From Tubulanus polymorphus (taxonomy: Eukaryota; Animalia; Nemertea): a stretch of 64,000 nt of DNA. The stretch spans positions 2,790,001-2,854,000 of the forward strand of contig NC_134031.1 in the NCBI RefSeq assembly GCF_964204645.1. The letters run 5' to 3'. Both the position numbers and the translations under genes were made by a program. Positions 1-11,457 of this stretch are shown here, piece after piece; within the stretch, counting starts at the first letter, position 1, and every line of letters starts with the position of its first letter. The notes under the pieces are model-generated. The model was not told the origin of the DNA. It saw only the letters and a list, made by a program, of their open reading frames with translations, and did no database searches.

Positions 1-2630
1 ACGCTAAAAGTCGGCAGCACGAGAACGTGTGACGTAGTAAGCGCGTTTTGAGAACCGAAAACGCACAGAACCATATCACTCAGAACGCACCATTTTCGTT
101 TGCCATCGCCTTGATCGACTAACCAACCGGTCTTATCTGGATTGGATATTTCATCGGCTGTAACCTGTAGAGGTCGGGTGATATCCATATTCTGAGTGTA
201 TATCCGACATCGGGTACGCAAACCGGGGGCCAGCTTCAGTCGTCGATCGCTTATAGATGGCGCTGTATAGGATTTATCTCCTGGCTCCCCGAACTCGCAC
301 CGGATGGCTTCACTTGCGGCTACCTGTAAAAATAAGGATGAGTTCAAGATATTTTTGTTTATATAATAAAACCAATTGCGGTTTGAGAGTGTTATATCCC
401 GTGACTAAAAACAAATGTTGTGAATAAGAAAATACACGATAACAAATATGAATCATTCGATCTTATCAAACGGTTTAACAAGTTTTCATATGTACGAGTG
501 AAATAGATTTCGATTACCGTTCAAAAACCTGTGCGAATGTCTCGGACACGAATTGGCAGCGCGACAGCGTAAATATCAATACGAACTCAGTATTGTGTAC
601 AACAACTGCGGAAATCAGTACTGGTCACGCGATTTATACAGATTTACAGAAATGAGCACCAGTTATTTCACCCCTAAAAGACGCGACGACACCACCATAT
701 CGCGGTAAAGACGTCTTTATTCTTTGGGTTAATTGATCGTGTTAAGTGCAGTGTTAAACGCACTATAAGAACGCACTCCTCTCGCGGTCAGCTCTTCCTA
801 TTTGATCATTTATTAAACTTAATCATTTTATGGAGCAACATAATAGATCCATGTTTCTACCTTTAAATTGTATGGTCATAATAATGACATTGATAAAAGT
901 TATACATCTAATTTGAGGTCAAACGCGTGCGTGGTAATAAATAAAAGTTGAAAAATTGAGAAAAAAAGATAAGAATTTTAAGCGTCTAAAGCGATATGGT
1001 CCAGAAAAAAAATGCAATAAGCTAGATATGAATATCCTTTTGTTATTATTAATTCTCACCGTAGATTTTGTGTATTGATTCAGTTTTCTTGCCTCCAAAT
1101 CGATTGATGATTTAGGCGCCATCCTAACCTCGCTAATGTAGCGCACTTCGCTCCGCTCTCGTCTTATTCCTGAACTATAGACCGTACTTTCACGGCATTC
1201 TGTTCTTTCATAAGCGTTCAGTTTTTTCGAGGCATTTAAACGCGATTCTAACGACGTAATCCACAGTTTTACATCCCATGTTAAATCTCTAGATTTCTTC
1301 GATAAATCTTCAGCTTCCAGCGAAGCCATCAGTTCGTTCACTTTAGTAACCGTCTCTTCTGCAACTGCAAGAACACATAATATATACTCGATTATTAAGA
1401 AATTAAAAATGTCTTTCGGAGTTTCTCTAACGTTCTCCTGTTATAAACGCTAAGAAAACGTCCGCTCTTGACGAATTGTGTGAATAAAATGAAATAGAAT
1501 GGTTCTCAATAAACGACCGGACAAAGCCATTTGGACAAACGGGTAAAATCATTTGAACTGGCCGATTGACGTCAAAACAATTTGATATTGACAGTATTTC
1601 GGTCCGAGGGAAACTACAACTCATATATATATACAGTGTTTAAGCTATTCAAACATCGATGGGAGATCTAATCAATTCAATGAAATCCGTATTGATAGAA
1701 AAATCGTCGTAGAAATGAAAAAATATGACAATAATCACACTACCACTCATGCATGGAATATACATCAATGCAACCCTATACCCTACATCTTCAAATATAC
1801 ACACGAAATTATGCAGATTTGCTGATTTTCTTGTGCTGAATGAATTAGGATTAAGCCTACCTATATTAACGAGTACTAAGTCCATCGATGACTCCGTTCA
1901 TGGCCAATTTATACTCAATTAGACCCCATACATTGACTATAGTAAAAGCAGCTATCCACACCGGTTCAACCGTATATTACGTCGAAAATGTAACTGAACG
2001 TTTTGGCGTGGCTCAATGTTTGAGTTCGTGGGCACGTTTCAAACGGCATTGGTGCTCGTTCAACCGTGTGGCCTGATCTTTCAAATCATTACTGGAATTT
2101 AGTTTTAATTATAACGCCTTTCACTGCGTTAAAAAGAATCGTTAATTGGACCCGTCTTTGATGTGGTATGAACAATAAAAGCCGCGGGCGTGACGGCGAG
2201 TCTCACAGTGCTCTGCGTTAACACTTTATTGCTTTCAATTTCCTCTCGTAAAAATTCCTCTAATTATCGAACACAATTCGTCGCCTCAATAGAAATTGTA
2301 TTTTCAGCCTGTATTTTATTTCGTAATAGCCGGGTCTCCCCCATTTTGTCATCACCAGTTATAATACGACGGACCAAAGTTCCTCTCCGAAGTCCAGTTT
2401 CGCAGTAAGGTTTCTTTTACTCACTGGGCTTAAATCTTATTACTATAAACTGGTCTTGATATTTGAGATGGGATACGGATGTTTTTCGGATGTTATCAAC
2501 TCAAAACTAAAGTCATCTGACTTGGAACTGGTCGGAAATAAATATGCGGCCGAATGTCAAAGTGTTCATCACCCAAACCCTGTAGTTTCTTACCTTTCAG
2601 CGCTGATATATCCATCTGTTTGGATTCCAT
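1..2630 (-). CDS. PH-domain-containing protein, 5' part (continues off the left edge of the window)
   Basis: Frame-consistent GT-AG exons 2630-2594 (MESKQMDISALK), 1364-1060 (ORF 919..1341 frame) and 323-<1. The last exon reads ...NPDKTGWLVDQGDGKRKWCVLSDMVLCVFGSQNALTTSHVLVLPTFS, which matches the N-terminal PH-domain pattern (GWL...KW.VL...L..F...LP.F) of CNK/IPCEF1/FGD-type PH domains. Confidence 0.65.
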
Positions 2631-3782
2631 GTCTAGCCGATTCGAAAGATAATTCAATAAGTGTCACTATGTGTGGGCCAAAATAGACTGTACACATCCT
2701 ATAAACAAACTGTTCATCGACTGGGTTTTAATCGTCTGATTCCGGGTAGTTGTAATGTCAGCTATGAGTGGTTTCGCCGAGATTATCGACCTATTTAAGA
2801 CAAAACGTTCCCTATTGTTTTTCTAGAGAAACTACATATTTCCAAGACTCGAGCTCGTAGTAAAATTAGTCTTGCGCCTGAAACAAATGTTTGTCGGTAA
2901 ATGAGTCGATTGTGTACACTGAGAAGTTGTGTAAGGTTGTATCTATATATCTCGGAAAAGCCCATAAAATTAGTTTGTTACTATCGCATTAATCACTTTA
3001 TGTCAAATATTGATCAACGGAATAACCTCGTGCGATAACGATCGAACAAATACCTAAATATTATTTTATGCTATTTTGAGGAGCGCGAGGACTCACTTCA
3101 TCCGAAAGGATGTGCTCCAAAAATGGTCGTTTATGGATATTGGAACAAAACCATTCTAAGTATCTACATGTAAGTATCTATATGTCAGTGCGCCAGTCAG
3201 TGCCGCTTGTCGCGTCAACGGAACCAGTCAATATCCCGAATCCTCATTATAGTGTTATGAAAATAGGCCGATAAACTCGAAATTGTGTAGACCACGCTTG
3301 CCACAGCGAGAATCACATAAATTGAATTGAATTGATTTGTAAACAATATGGTGGACAACATCGACAAATTGTACGGAAATGATCGGAAATAAAGGTATTT
3401 AAGTCATTTTGATCACTAGTTCTTCGATATACGTGACTTCTTCGTTTGTCCGAATTAATTAAGTTCACATTTCACTTATTATGCATTATTCATGCTGAGT
3501 GAAGAGTGAGGCTTAAAATCTTCCGTCCGGATCGAATCAATCAAGAAATGTCAATATTGAAAAGCAAAGAAATCGAATATATATAATAGCATTGATAAGT
3601 ACCGGGTTTTACTCCCAACTTGGTCCTTGCTCATGATATTCAAGTCTGATTGGGCTTTTAAGAATAAGGTGGGAGTGTCCAGAAAGTATATAGTAGGCCT
3701 AGATATTTTTGATAGCTTGATTGGTTTCATTTCCAACACGTTGTAGATATTATTGAATTTGGCCGTGAATGAATTGAGAGAT

Positions 3783-6055
3783 ATGTCTCAGATATCGACG
3801 AGCGACCGCCCGAAGACCGGCCACGGACGACGCCACCACGGAATAGAGGCGCCCCAGACGGCCCGTGATTCGTACACGCCGCATCAGCGAATAACGCCGG
3901 ATAGGATCGAACCGTGGACTGAGAATGATCAGTTCATCGACTGGGGAACGATGGAGACTAATATCGATATAACGGGATGCGACGTTTTAGATTTGGACAC
4001 CGGTTTCGAGTTACACACCAACAGAAACAGAGAGAATTCATCGGAAATAGACGGCCGTCCGAAAACAAGCAGAAGCATGAGAAACAGGTATTTAGAACAA
4101 ACTCGCTCTGGGGCCATATATCTGAGCATCTAAATTTCAAAAGTTTTCTTCGATTTCAACCTGCTTTATAATGAACCAACCTCATACTAAGAGCCACTAT
4201 ATCTGACAAGGATGGATCCCAGAATGGATTCAGAGGCAAGGTCCCTGAAGCTCCTTGATTCCTTATAAACTCCTAAACGGAGTGCTTGAAACTTCTTAAA
4301 TTTGACCAAAATGCCTGTAACCTGTTTTTGTCGCTTTGCATCATTCTCTATTTATTACATTGTTCTGTGATTTCCCTTGTCTATATCATACCTTATATTT
4401 CCAGAAGAAACAGTCACAATCAGCAAGGAGAAAAACAACATCAGCCGATGAAAACAGCTCGATCGATGTCAGTCGATATCAATGAACTCGGAGACCGGCC
4501 TAAAACTGGTCGCAGCAAAGAAAGGTAAAAATGAACACCAGCATACATCGTCTATATTGAACAACTAGATAGGTGTGCCACGATGATAGAACATGAATAT
4601 TTGAAACATTTTTGAATATCGAATTTTCGGTTTTCAATTAAAAACCTTAATAAAGGAGCGTAATAAACTTGAATCATCAACTTATACAAAAAAACTGGTT
4701 TGAATTGATTTCAGTCAGGATAAGACTACTGTAGGCCCTACTATCATTGTATCTTCTGCTTCTTCTATTTTCCTGTGAAATTTTAGAAAAGAATTTCTTT
4801 TCATGTAATCAGGAGGTCTTATCACGAGCCACAAGTGAATCCGTCTCCTCCCCCGCATCCAGCTCCGCCGTCAACTTCGAGGACAACTTCAGCCAAAAGA
4901 CGAACGGCTAAACGTCGAACGTCTCAAGAAAATACAGGTAAGCAGGTATTCAATAACCCGTAGTGGTCTGATGAATGAATCTGTGGTTCTGTGCATTTGA
5001 TTCACTTGTGTTTCACCTGATGAATGGAAATCATCCTGAAAACATTTGTAACAAGCTCATTAGAAAATGAGATTTGTGTTGTTATCGCTTCTATAAATAT
5101 TCAGTGTCCTGAACTCTCATCCTCCCCCGACAGGGATTCAAACCTGATGGCATCGAGATTGCCACGGTACGAAACCCTGCCACACTAGACCTAGCGCGCA
5201 GAATCATCAGCCAATCAGAAATCCCGTTTTATTTTAGCCGTGTTTTCACGTTTATAGAAAATTTACCTCGTTCCTTGGAATTTACCTCAGCGATTATACA
5301 ACAAGCAATCTGATTGGTGCCGCAAGTTTTCAAGCGCCAAAGCTGCGCATGTACCTGCGCGCCCGGTCTAGTGTGGCAGGGGTTCGTGCCGTGGCTGACT
5401 GTAGCGATGCCATCAGGTTCGAATCCCTGCCGTGGGAGGATGGATGTGAACTCTTAAGATTTATTCAAAATTTCTTCATGCAATGTTTCTTCTTGCAGAG
5501 GCGAACATTATTTTCTCCGAAAACCCCGAAATTCGACCGACATCCGTGACGCTATCACGATACCGACCGCTCCCGGCTATCGGTAAATCTCAAAACCTCT
5601 CCGACGATCTCCCGGAACGCGAACCACCGACGTTCGAACGTCGCGACGACGATTTAATCAAAATCCACGACGTCCAAACTATCGAAAATCAACTCGCCGA
5701 TTGCGCGATTACCGACGCCGAATTCATCGAGCGTTCGTACTCGGAGATCGCTCTGTCGAAAACCGACGCGTTGTTCTCGGAGCCGCACGTTCTTCCCGCC
5801 GAACCGGAGGGCAACGAAAACCGCGTTTTACTCGCGATCAAACTGCCGAACAGGAAACGCGTGCAACGTTTCTTCCGGCCGTACGAAAAACTGAAACTGG
5901 TGCTACAGACGGCGGAGAACGCGATGTCGCAGGATTTATCCGATTACGTGTTGGCGTGTCCGATGCCAGTGATCGAATTTAAAGACATGAATATGTTGAT
6001 CGGCGAGGCCGGTTTACAAAATAGAACAATGCTGCATTTGGTTCTTCCCGATTAG
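3783..6055 (+). CDS. UBXN10: UBX domain-containing protein 10-like (p97/VCP adaptor), ~368 aa
   Basis: Exons 3783-4087, 4405-4524, 4813-4937 and 5499-6055 join in frame (1107 nt). C-terminal UBX domain (LLAIKLPNRKRVQRFFRPYEKL...GLQNRTMLHL), plus RPKTGxGR and LSRYRPLPAI motifs resembling UBXN10. Confidence 0.75.
5118..5442. mobile_element. Fold-back/MITE-like element with tRNA-like (Pol III box A/B) arms, in UBXN10 intron 3
   Basis: 5118-5201 is the imperfect reverse complement of 5355-5442. The right arm contains GGTCTAGTGTGG (5365) and GGTTCGAATCC (5416). Inner CCAATCAGA/TCTGATTGG is also inverted. Confidence 0.6.
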
Positions 6056-6131
6056 TTGAAACGTATAGAGATTATTTTGAAATGTATAGAGTTTATTGGT
6101 TTCTGTAGACGTGTGACTGTTAGATTCAGTT

Positions 6132-6563
6132 GAAGAAAATAACTCACAATTATGAAGTAAAACTAATGGCGGATTCTTCGAGATACACAATATCCGCGTA
6201 AAATCCTAAATAGGTTCAGAAAAAGATGAAAAGTTCTGGTAGTAAATGTACAGGGCCCAGTTTTTTTACAAAAAGGTTTAACTCTTAAATCGATTTAATT
6301 TCTTCAATAATTCAGTTTACCTTAAATCGATTTAGGCCTTAATCCTTTTTGTGAAACTGGGTCCAGAGCAACATTTCAGCTGAATTACTAACAACCACGA
6401 TCAGACATGAAGAGAGGATTGATGTTTCGCCTCAAATGCTATGAGCCATTTTCACAAAATTTAGAAAACGGCTCTTAGCTTTAGAATCGAAACATTAATC
6501 CTCTGTTAGTTTTTTACAATGGACCCTAAAGGTTTTACTTTGTTATTGTGGGTTTTTTCTTCA
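6132..6563. mobile_element. Degenerate MITE, same family as 20314-20480, with a second MITE inserted
   Basis: Ends GAAAA..CACAATTATGAAGTAAAAC / GTTTTAC..ATTGTGG..TTTTC and the internal hairpin CTCAAATGCTATGAGCCATTTTC..GAAAACGGCTCTTAGC recur at 20314-20480. Confidence 0.5.
6254..6363. mobile_element. PIF/Harbinger-type MITE with CAG target-site duplication
   Basis: TIR GGCCCAGTTT..ACAAAAAGG / CCTTTTTGTGAAACTGGGTC flanked by CAG on both sides. Related copy at 15274-15388. Confidence 0.65.
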
Positions 6564-6751
6564 CTTGAGGATTTTCTTGTTGAATCCGTCCGAACCAGGC
6601 AGGGTAGAAAATGCTTTTTTACATGCTTGACTTGACGAGTGTTTGTTAAGTTGCTCAAGATATTTTTCAGCGATAAATTGATATAAATCCGTCCAATTTT
6701 ATTATTGTTATTTTATTGATAGATAAATTTTTTACCATAATGAAGAAAAAT

Positions 6752-7043
6752 ACCAACATATCATTGATTAGAGGTCGTTGTAATGAGGGTCCACGATATT
6801 CATCGTTTTGTGATAGGAAACGGATTATTTTATTAATCATAAATCTGTGATTAGAAATGTCTTTGATTTTTCTGAAATGACAACTTTGGTTAAAATTGCT
6901 GAATTATTTGAGTTTGGTGTGAAAAACTGTTACCCTAAAATGCTAGTAAAAGCTGCTCTCCAGATATTGTACATTGCTATTGAGTAGTTTGTATAAGCTT
7001 GAAATAGTTGAACATTCCCAATTTGAACACACAGCGACCAGAT
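6752..7043. repeat. Direct repeat copy 1 of a local duplication flanking the GPCR
   Basis: Aligns by eye with 9281-9530 (e.g. GCTGAATTATTTGAGTTTG, GCTAGTAAAAGCTGCTCTC, AGCTTGAAATAGTTGAA). Confidence 0.8.
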
Positions 7044-7955
7044 TTAGATGGTCGTGATTTGAAATCCAGACGTTAAGGCAATGCTACATGGACATGTACC
7101 TTAGAAATGATCAGTTACGAGGCTGCTGTTTTGTATCAGCCATTTTCAATGCTTGCATCAATGATTTGGTCACTAACTTGTTTCATGCCAGTTTATGTAC
7201 AAGCCAATGCTATCATCTTCTGTGAAGGTGTTGAAATGTTGTTATTTGCGTTGTGAAAAAATGCATACTTATTTATCATTTTATTTTTTCTATTTTAACT
7301 GCCAGCGTTGACAACTCTGTGTAACAATTATATCAATAAAATTAGTCGTTTTTCTGTCATTCTTGGTTTCCGTCTCATATTTATTATTCTGTTGTTGAGA
7401 GTTTTTATTATCATACGAAATGTGTAAAAAACTGAAAAGCCGCGCTGGAAATAAGAACTACATGTATGATAGTTATGATGCAGTGATTTAGGACAGAATA
7501 TTCGGTAAGACATGAATCCAGGCACAGACGCAAACTTGAATATATCGATCATATGGGACTGATTCCATTCTTTCTGATCCCCAACCGTTTTAAGATGTTC
7601 AACACCGAATAGTAAAATGTGACCGACCATGATTTCAGGCACGCGTTTTGAAGGCAATCCGTTAGATTTGAATATTCTCGATGACTTCGTTATCTTATTT
7701 TTTTATATCGGACTGGATGATATTTCTTTTATTGCGTTGAAAGGCTCGTCGGATTGGAATTGTTCAACTCTAAACCGCATGCGCGCGTGGTAAACCGTTT
7801 AGCGATAACTGATCGGTGTATAAAGGAATTATACGGGGAATCCTATGACGGGAACTCCGTGATACAAAGCATCTGCGGCCTGGCTGTCTGCTTCATTTTG
7901 TATTCACTAATTATAGTAAACAGTACTGAAATACATTCAGCAAACAAATCGGTTC

Positions 7956-8918
7956 TTATCTTTTCACTATTCGGAGCAGCTCTTCGCGAAATGACTTCAA
8001 ATTCACGATATATATGAAAAAATTTACAGCGCTGTTTGTGATCATTAGAACGCCCCCAATAAGACGCATTAAATGTCTTATTTGATTTGGTAAATGTCTC
8101 ATATAGTCGCCCGATTTGTCAACCAAATCGTATATCATATTGGGTGCGTTCAATACGAAAAAAGCTATGATTATGCAAATTAGATTGCGTACGCATCTGC
8201 GTTCCTGTTCGGAAGTGTTCATATTTTTGAAGTGGACATCTCGTCTGGCGAACTGAATGGCGATCAAAATTGTAGAAAATATAAAACCGATCCAAGGAAT
8301 AATAGTCATCATTATGTACGAATAGATTATGATTAGTTGCGCTATCATTTCTGAACTTGTGCTTGTTTGGCAGTTCTTTAAGCCATGTCCGATGGTTTTG
8401 ATTTGGAAAGTGACGCCCTGCGCGCTTTCTGTGATGGCGTAATAAACGAGAACTGATATAACGACATTCCGGCGTCGAGTCCGAGTTACCAGTCTCCCGA
8501 CATCCAAAGGAACCAGTACCGCCATACTACGCTCCATGGCGAAACATAACAGAATCCACGAAGAGCTTTTGATTCCGAAATTGATGAGCACCATGCCCAG
8601 TTTGCACGTGACTTCATTCACGGCGTAGAACACGTAACGGCCATGGGCGTCGCCGGCCACGATGTAAATTCGTTCCAGGGACTTCAACGAAAAACTAATG
8701 ACGAAAATCGAATCAGAGAAAGCTAGCGGTATGAGATACTGGAAGGTGCACGCGTCTAACGTGTGACGCAAACGAAATAGAATGACAATAGACAGTAAAC
8801 TCCCCGTAACACCAGTCACCATACAGGAATAGATGTAAATATTGAACGCGTACCAAACACCATTCTGCCACACTGGATTAGCCGTGACGTTGTCATCTGT
8901 CGAGTTTCTATCAGTCAT
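7956..8918 (-). CDS. Rhodopsin-like (class A) GPCR, FMRFamide-receptor-like/peptide or chemosensory type, single exon, 320 aa
   Basis: Seven hydrophobic segments, N-terminal N-glycosylation sites (NST, NVT), LAFSD in TM2, TM3 Cys, ERS in place of DRY, P in TM5/TM6, and NSAVNFFIY in place of NPxxY followed by SFREEL helix 8. Confidence 0.85.
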   Translation of the reverse strand: MTDRNSTDDNVTANPVWQNGVWYAFNIYIYSCMVTGVTGSLLSIVILFRLRHTLDACTFQYLIPLAFSDSIFVISFSLKSLERIYIVAGDAHGRYVFYAVNEVTCKLGMVLINFGIKSSSWILLCFAMERSMAVLVPLDVGRLVTRTRRRNVVISVLVYYAITESAQGVTFQIKTIGHGLKNCQTSTSSEMIAQLIIIYSYIMMTIIPWIGFIFSTILIAIQFARRDVHFKNMNTSEQERRCVRNLICIIIAFFVLNAPNMIYDLVDKSGDYMRHLPNQIRHLMRLIGGVLMITNSAVNFFIYIVNLKSFREELLRIVKR

Positions 8919-9280
8919 CTCCCTGAGTGTATATGAACTGCGATTCCAGTTTACGTAATTATCACTAACAGGAATTTATTTAAACCTACTACAAAAAATC
9001 CGCATTTCTTAAAATTCAGATCTAATTAGTAACCAAACCAGTTTGCATTCGAATCCGAAGCTGTGCATTCAAATTGCCGTTATAGCGCATGTAGAAATTG
9101 TAAGATATTCTAACATGTATTTCACAATCAGTTCATTACAAATTGTTTCACCTGAGGAAAAACTCTCTGTGGACACTCAGATTCCACTATGTCCACCATT
9201 TTGAACCCGTTATCGCTGCTTCGCGTCATTCTCTGTTTATTATATTGTTAATTCGGGCATGAAAGTGGAGATTTCTAACG

Positions 9281-9530
9281 ACCAACATCATTGGTTAGAG
9301 GTCGTTATAACGAGGTTCCAATATATTAATAATTGTTTTGTGAAAGGAAAATGTAATTTAATGGACTTAGGTTAAATTTGCTGAATTATTTGAGTTTGTT
9401 TGACGTGAAAAACTGTTACTCTAAAACGCTAGTAAAAGCTGCTCTCTATAGATTGTAAATTGCTATAGAGCAGTTTGTATTAGCTTGAAATAGTTGAATA
9501 TTTCCTATTTGAAAACAGGGATGGCCAGAT
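9281..9530. repeat. Direct repeat copy 2 of the local duplication
   Basis: Similar to 6752-7043. A second shared block 9659-9719 matches 7786-7851. Confidence 0.8.
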
Positions 9531-9535
9531 CCGAA

Positions 9536-9643
9536 GGTCCAGTTCCACAGTTCTGAGTTAAGATTTGACCCTGGGTTAAAACATTGAAAATGAACTAACT
9601 TTATCTCAGAGTTAACTCTAACTCACAACTGTGGAACTGGGTC
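9536..9643. mobile_element. PIF/Harbinger-type MITE (GGTCCAGTTCCACAGTT family)
   Basis: TIR GTCCAGTTCCACAGTT / AACTGTGGAACTGGGTC followed by CTG. Related copies at ~15116-15189, ~30004-30099 and ~32353-32492. Confidence 0.65.
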
Positions 9644-11457
9644 CTGAGCATTTACTTTCGTGGTAAACTGTTTAGTGTTGTAAAAACTGATCGGTTTACA
9701 AGGGAAATCCTATATGACGAGGCGCGATAGTATAAAAAAGAGTTCTATCTAATTAGCTCTCCAGGCCACCAGAAATATACCTTCTACCGCTGTGTGACTT
9801 GGGTGACATTATTCGTGTTATTTACCTAAAGTTATTACAACATCAGTTTTTAAAATACTTCACAGTATTTCTTGATATGAACTTCGCAGCATGAAGAAAC
9901 CCACGAAAGATCATTCACAATCTTTTAATTCGCTGTTTCCAATTCAGACGATAACAAAGAATTTGAAAGAATTTGCTGACGATTCTTCTGCGAGACGAAA
10001 ACTCAAATACTAGTACTGGGAGGTGCTGTTAACTATATTCAACGTAGAGAACTACAACATATATGCGTACGACCCTGTCGCCTGTGGGAAAAACAAGTGT
10101 TTGTGTTCACGTGATCGCAGAATGTTGTTAATCCGGTAAATGTTTTTCCATGAATCGTCACTCACGGTACATTTATCATTTAGCGTCGTCTGCAATCTGG
10201 TGCGTCTCGCTTCTGCGTTATAGTAAATCGATTCATGAAAAAATCGTTTCATGAAAAACAATTCCGTGATCATCACGCGCAATGCGTCATTGTCCATCAA
10301 TGTGACCTTTACTTCAGTTAGCCTCTTAGAGCTCGAGGTCATTCATGGACGTATCTAGTTTATACGTCCATGCTACGACGCACTGGTCATAGAAAGCAGG
10401 GAAGTCTCCCTGTAGAAAGAATGCATTTGTTTCCAGTTTGTTACGTAATATGTTTACAGAACACACTATATCGCATTTTCAACGCAATTTGTGTAGGAAA
10501 TAACAAAAATCGGCAATTGACCGCGGCAATCAAAAATTACTTCCAACGCGGCTGGTCAATTACTATAATCAATTCACATAATACATATAATTGTGTGAAA
10601 ATGCTGGGCCTCTTTTCCAGGGTCCGTGCTGAATCAACTGGAGGTAACCAAACCCTGGAGGATGAGTAACTGACAAGGCTTACACAATATTTGGCGGTGC
10701 CTAACCTTGAAGTAGGGAATTCCACGATGAAGCGCCTCCTCTGATATAGATCAATAATTCCAGAAAAAATGAAGATTGGTATCGTTCATACTTTATTCAT
10801 CTGTTAACGAGATTGTCGTATATAATATATTTCGTTAGAACCAACGACGACATATTTTGCCATCGTCCGCGTTTAACTCCGGTTAAACCAAAAATATCGA
10901 AACGAACTTCGAGGATTAAATACATTATATAAATACTATTTTTCATTTTAATTCAAACACGTTACACTGATACACGCACACAGACTTTCGAGAGAGACGA
11001 TTAAACAAACAATTTAATTAAAAGAAACATTCTTCACACTTTACCATTTAGCAGATCAATTTCCGCGCAGGAATAAAGAGTATATACTTAGTATATTAAC
11101 ATTTCATGTAATTATATCACGTGGTTATATCCGCGATTAACTATAGCGGATTGAGCGAGAAAGAAGTAAAATAAGTACCGGTTTTTATGAAATATATGTA
11201 CAATATGTAAACGTTATTTTCAAAAATAAAACTCGAATTTCAATATTTTTTCGTTAAAGGATTCAGCATTAGTGAGAAACAACGGAAAACGTGTATAAGG
11301 ACGAACGCGCTATGTAGTGTGGCAAAATATAGTTTATGATCAGCCCACTAGGGGGTGCTTGTGTCAATTATTGCCATCACCCCTATCGTCACTGAAACAT
11401 GACTGTTTTATCTATATTCTCGGGATGGAAGTTTAAATGCTTCGTTTTAGTTTTAGT

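Noticed and set aside
5015-5055. Hammerhead ribozyme core (CTGATGA...GAAA), also at 55860-55880
   Set aside because: Stem II/III geometry does not fit at 5017, and the 55860 site has CTGATAA rather than CTGANGA.
5355-5442. Intact tRNA gene (also considered for the 52924-53716 units)
   Set aside because: A B-box is present but I could not fold a cloverleaf with an acceptor stem and anticodon arm. Both are parts of repeats.
10052-10342. 96-aa ORF as a second GPCR or separate gene
   Set aside because: No transmembrane segments or known motifs, and no convincing splice partners.
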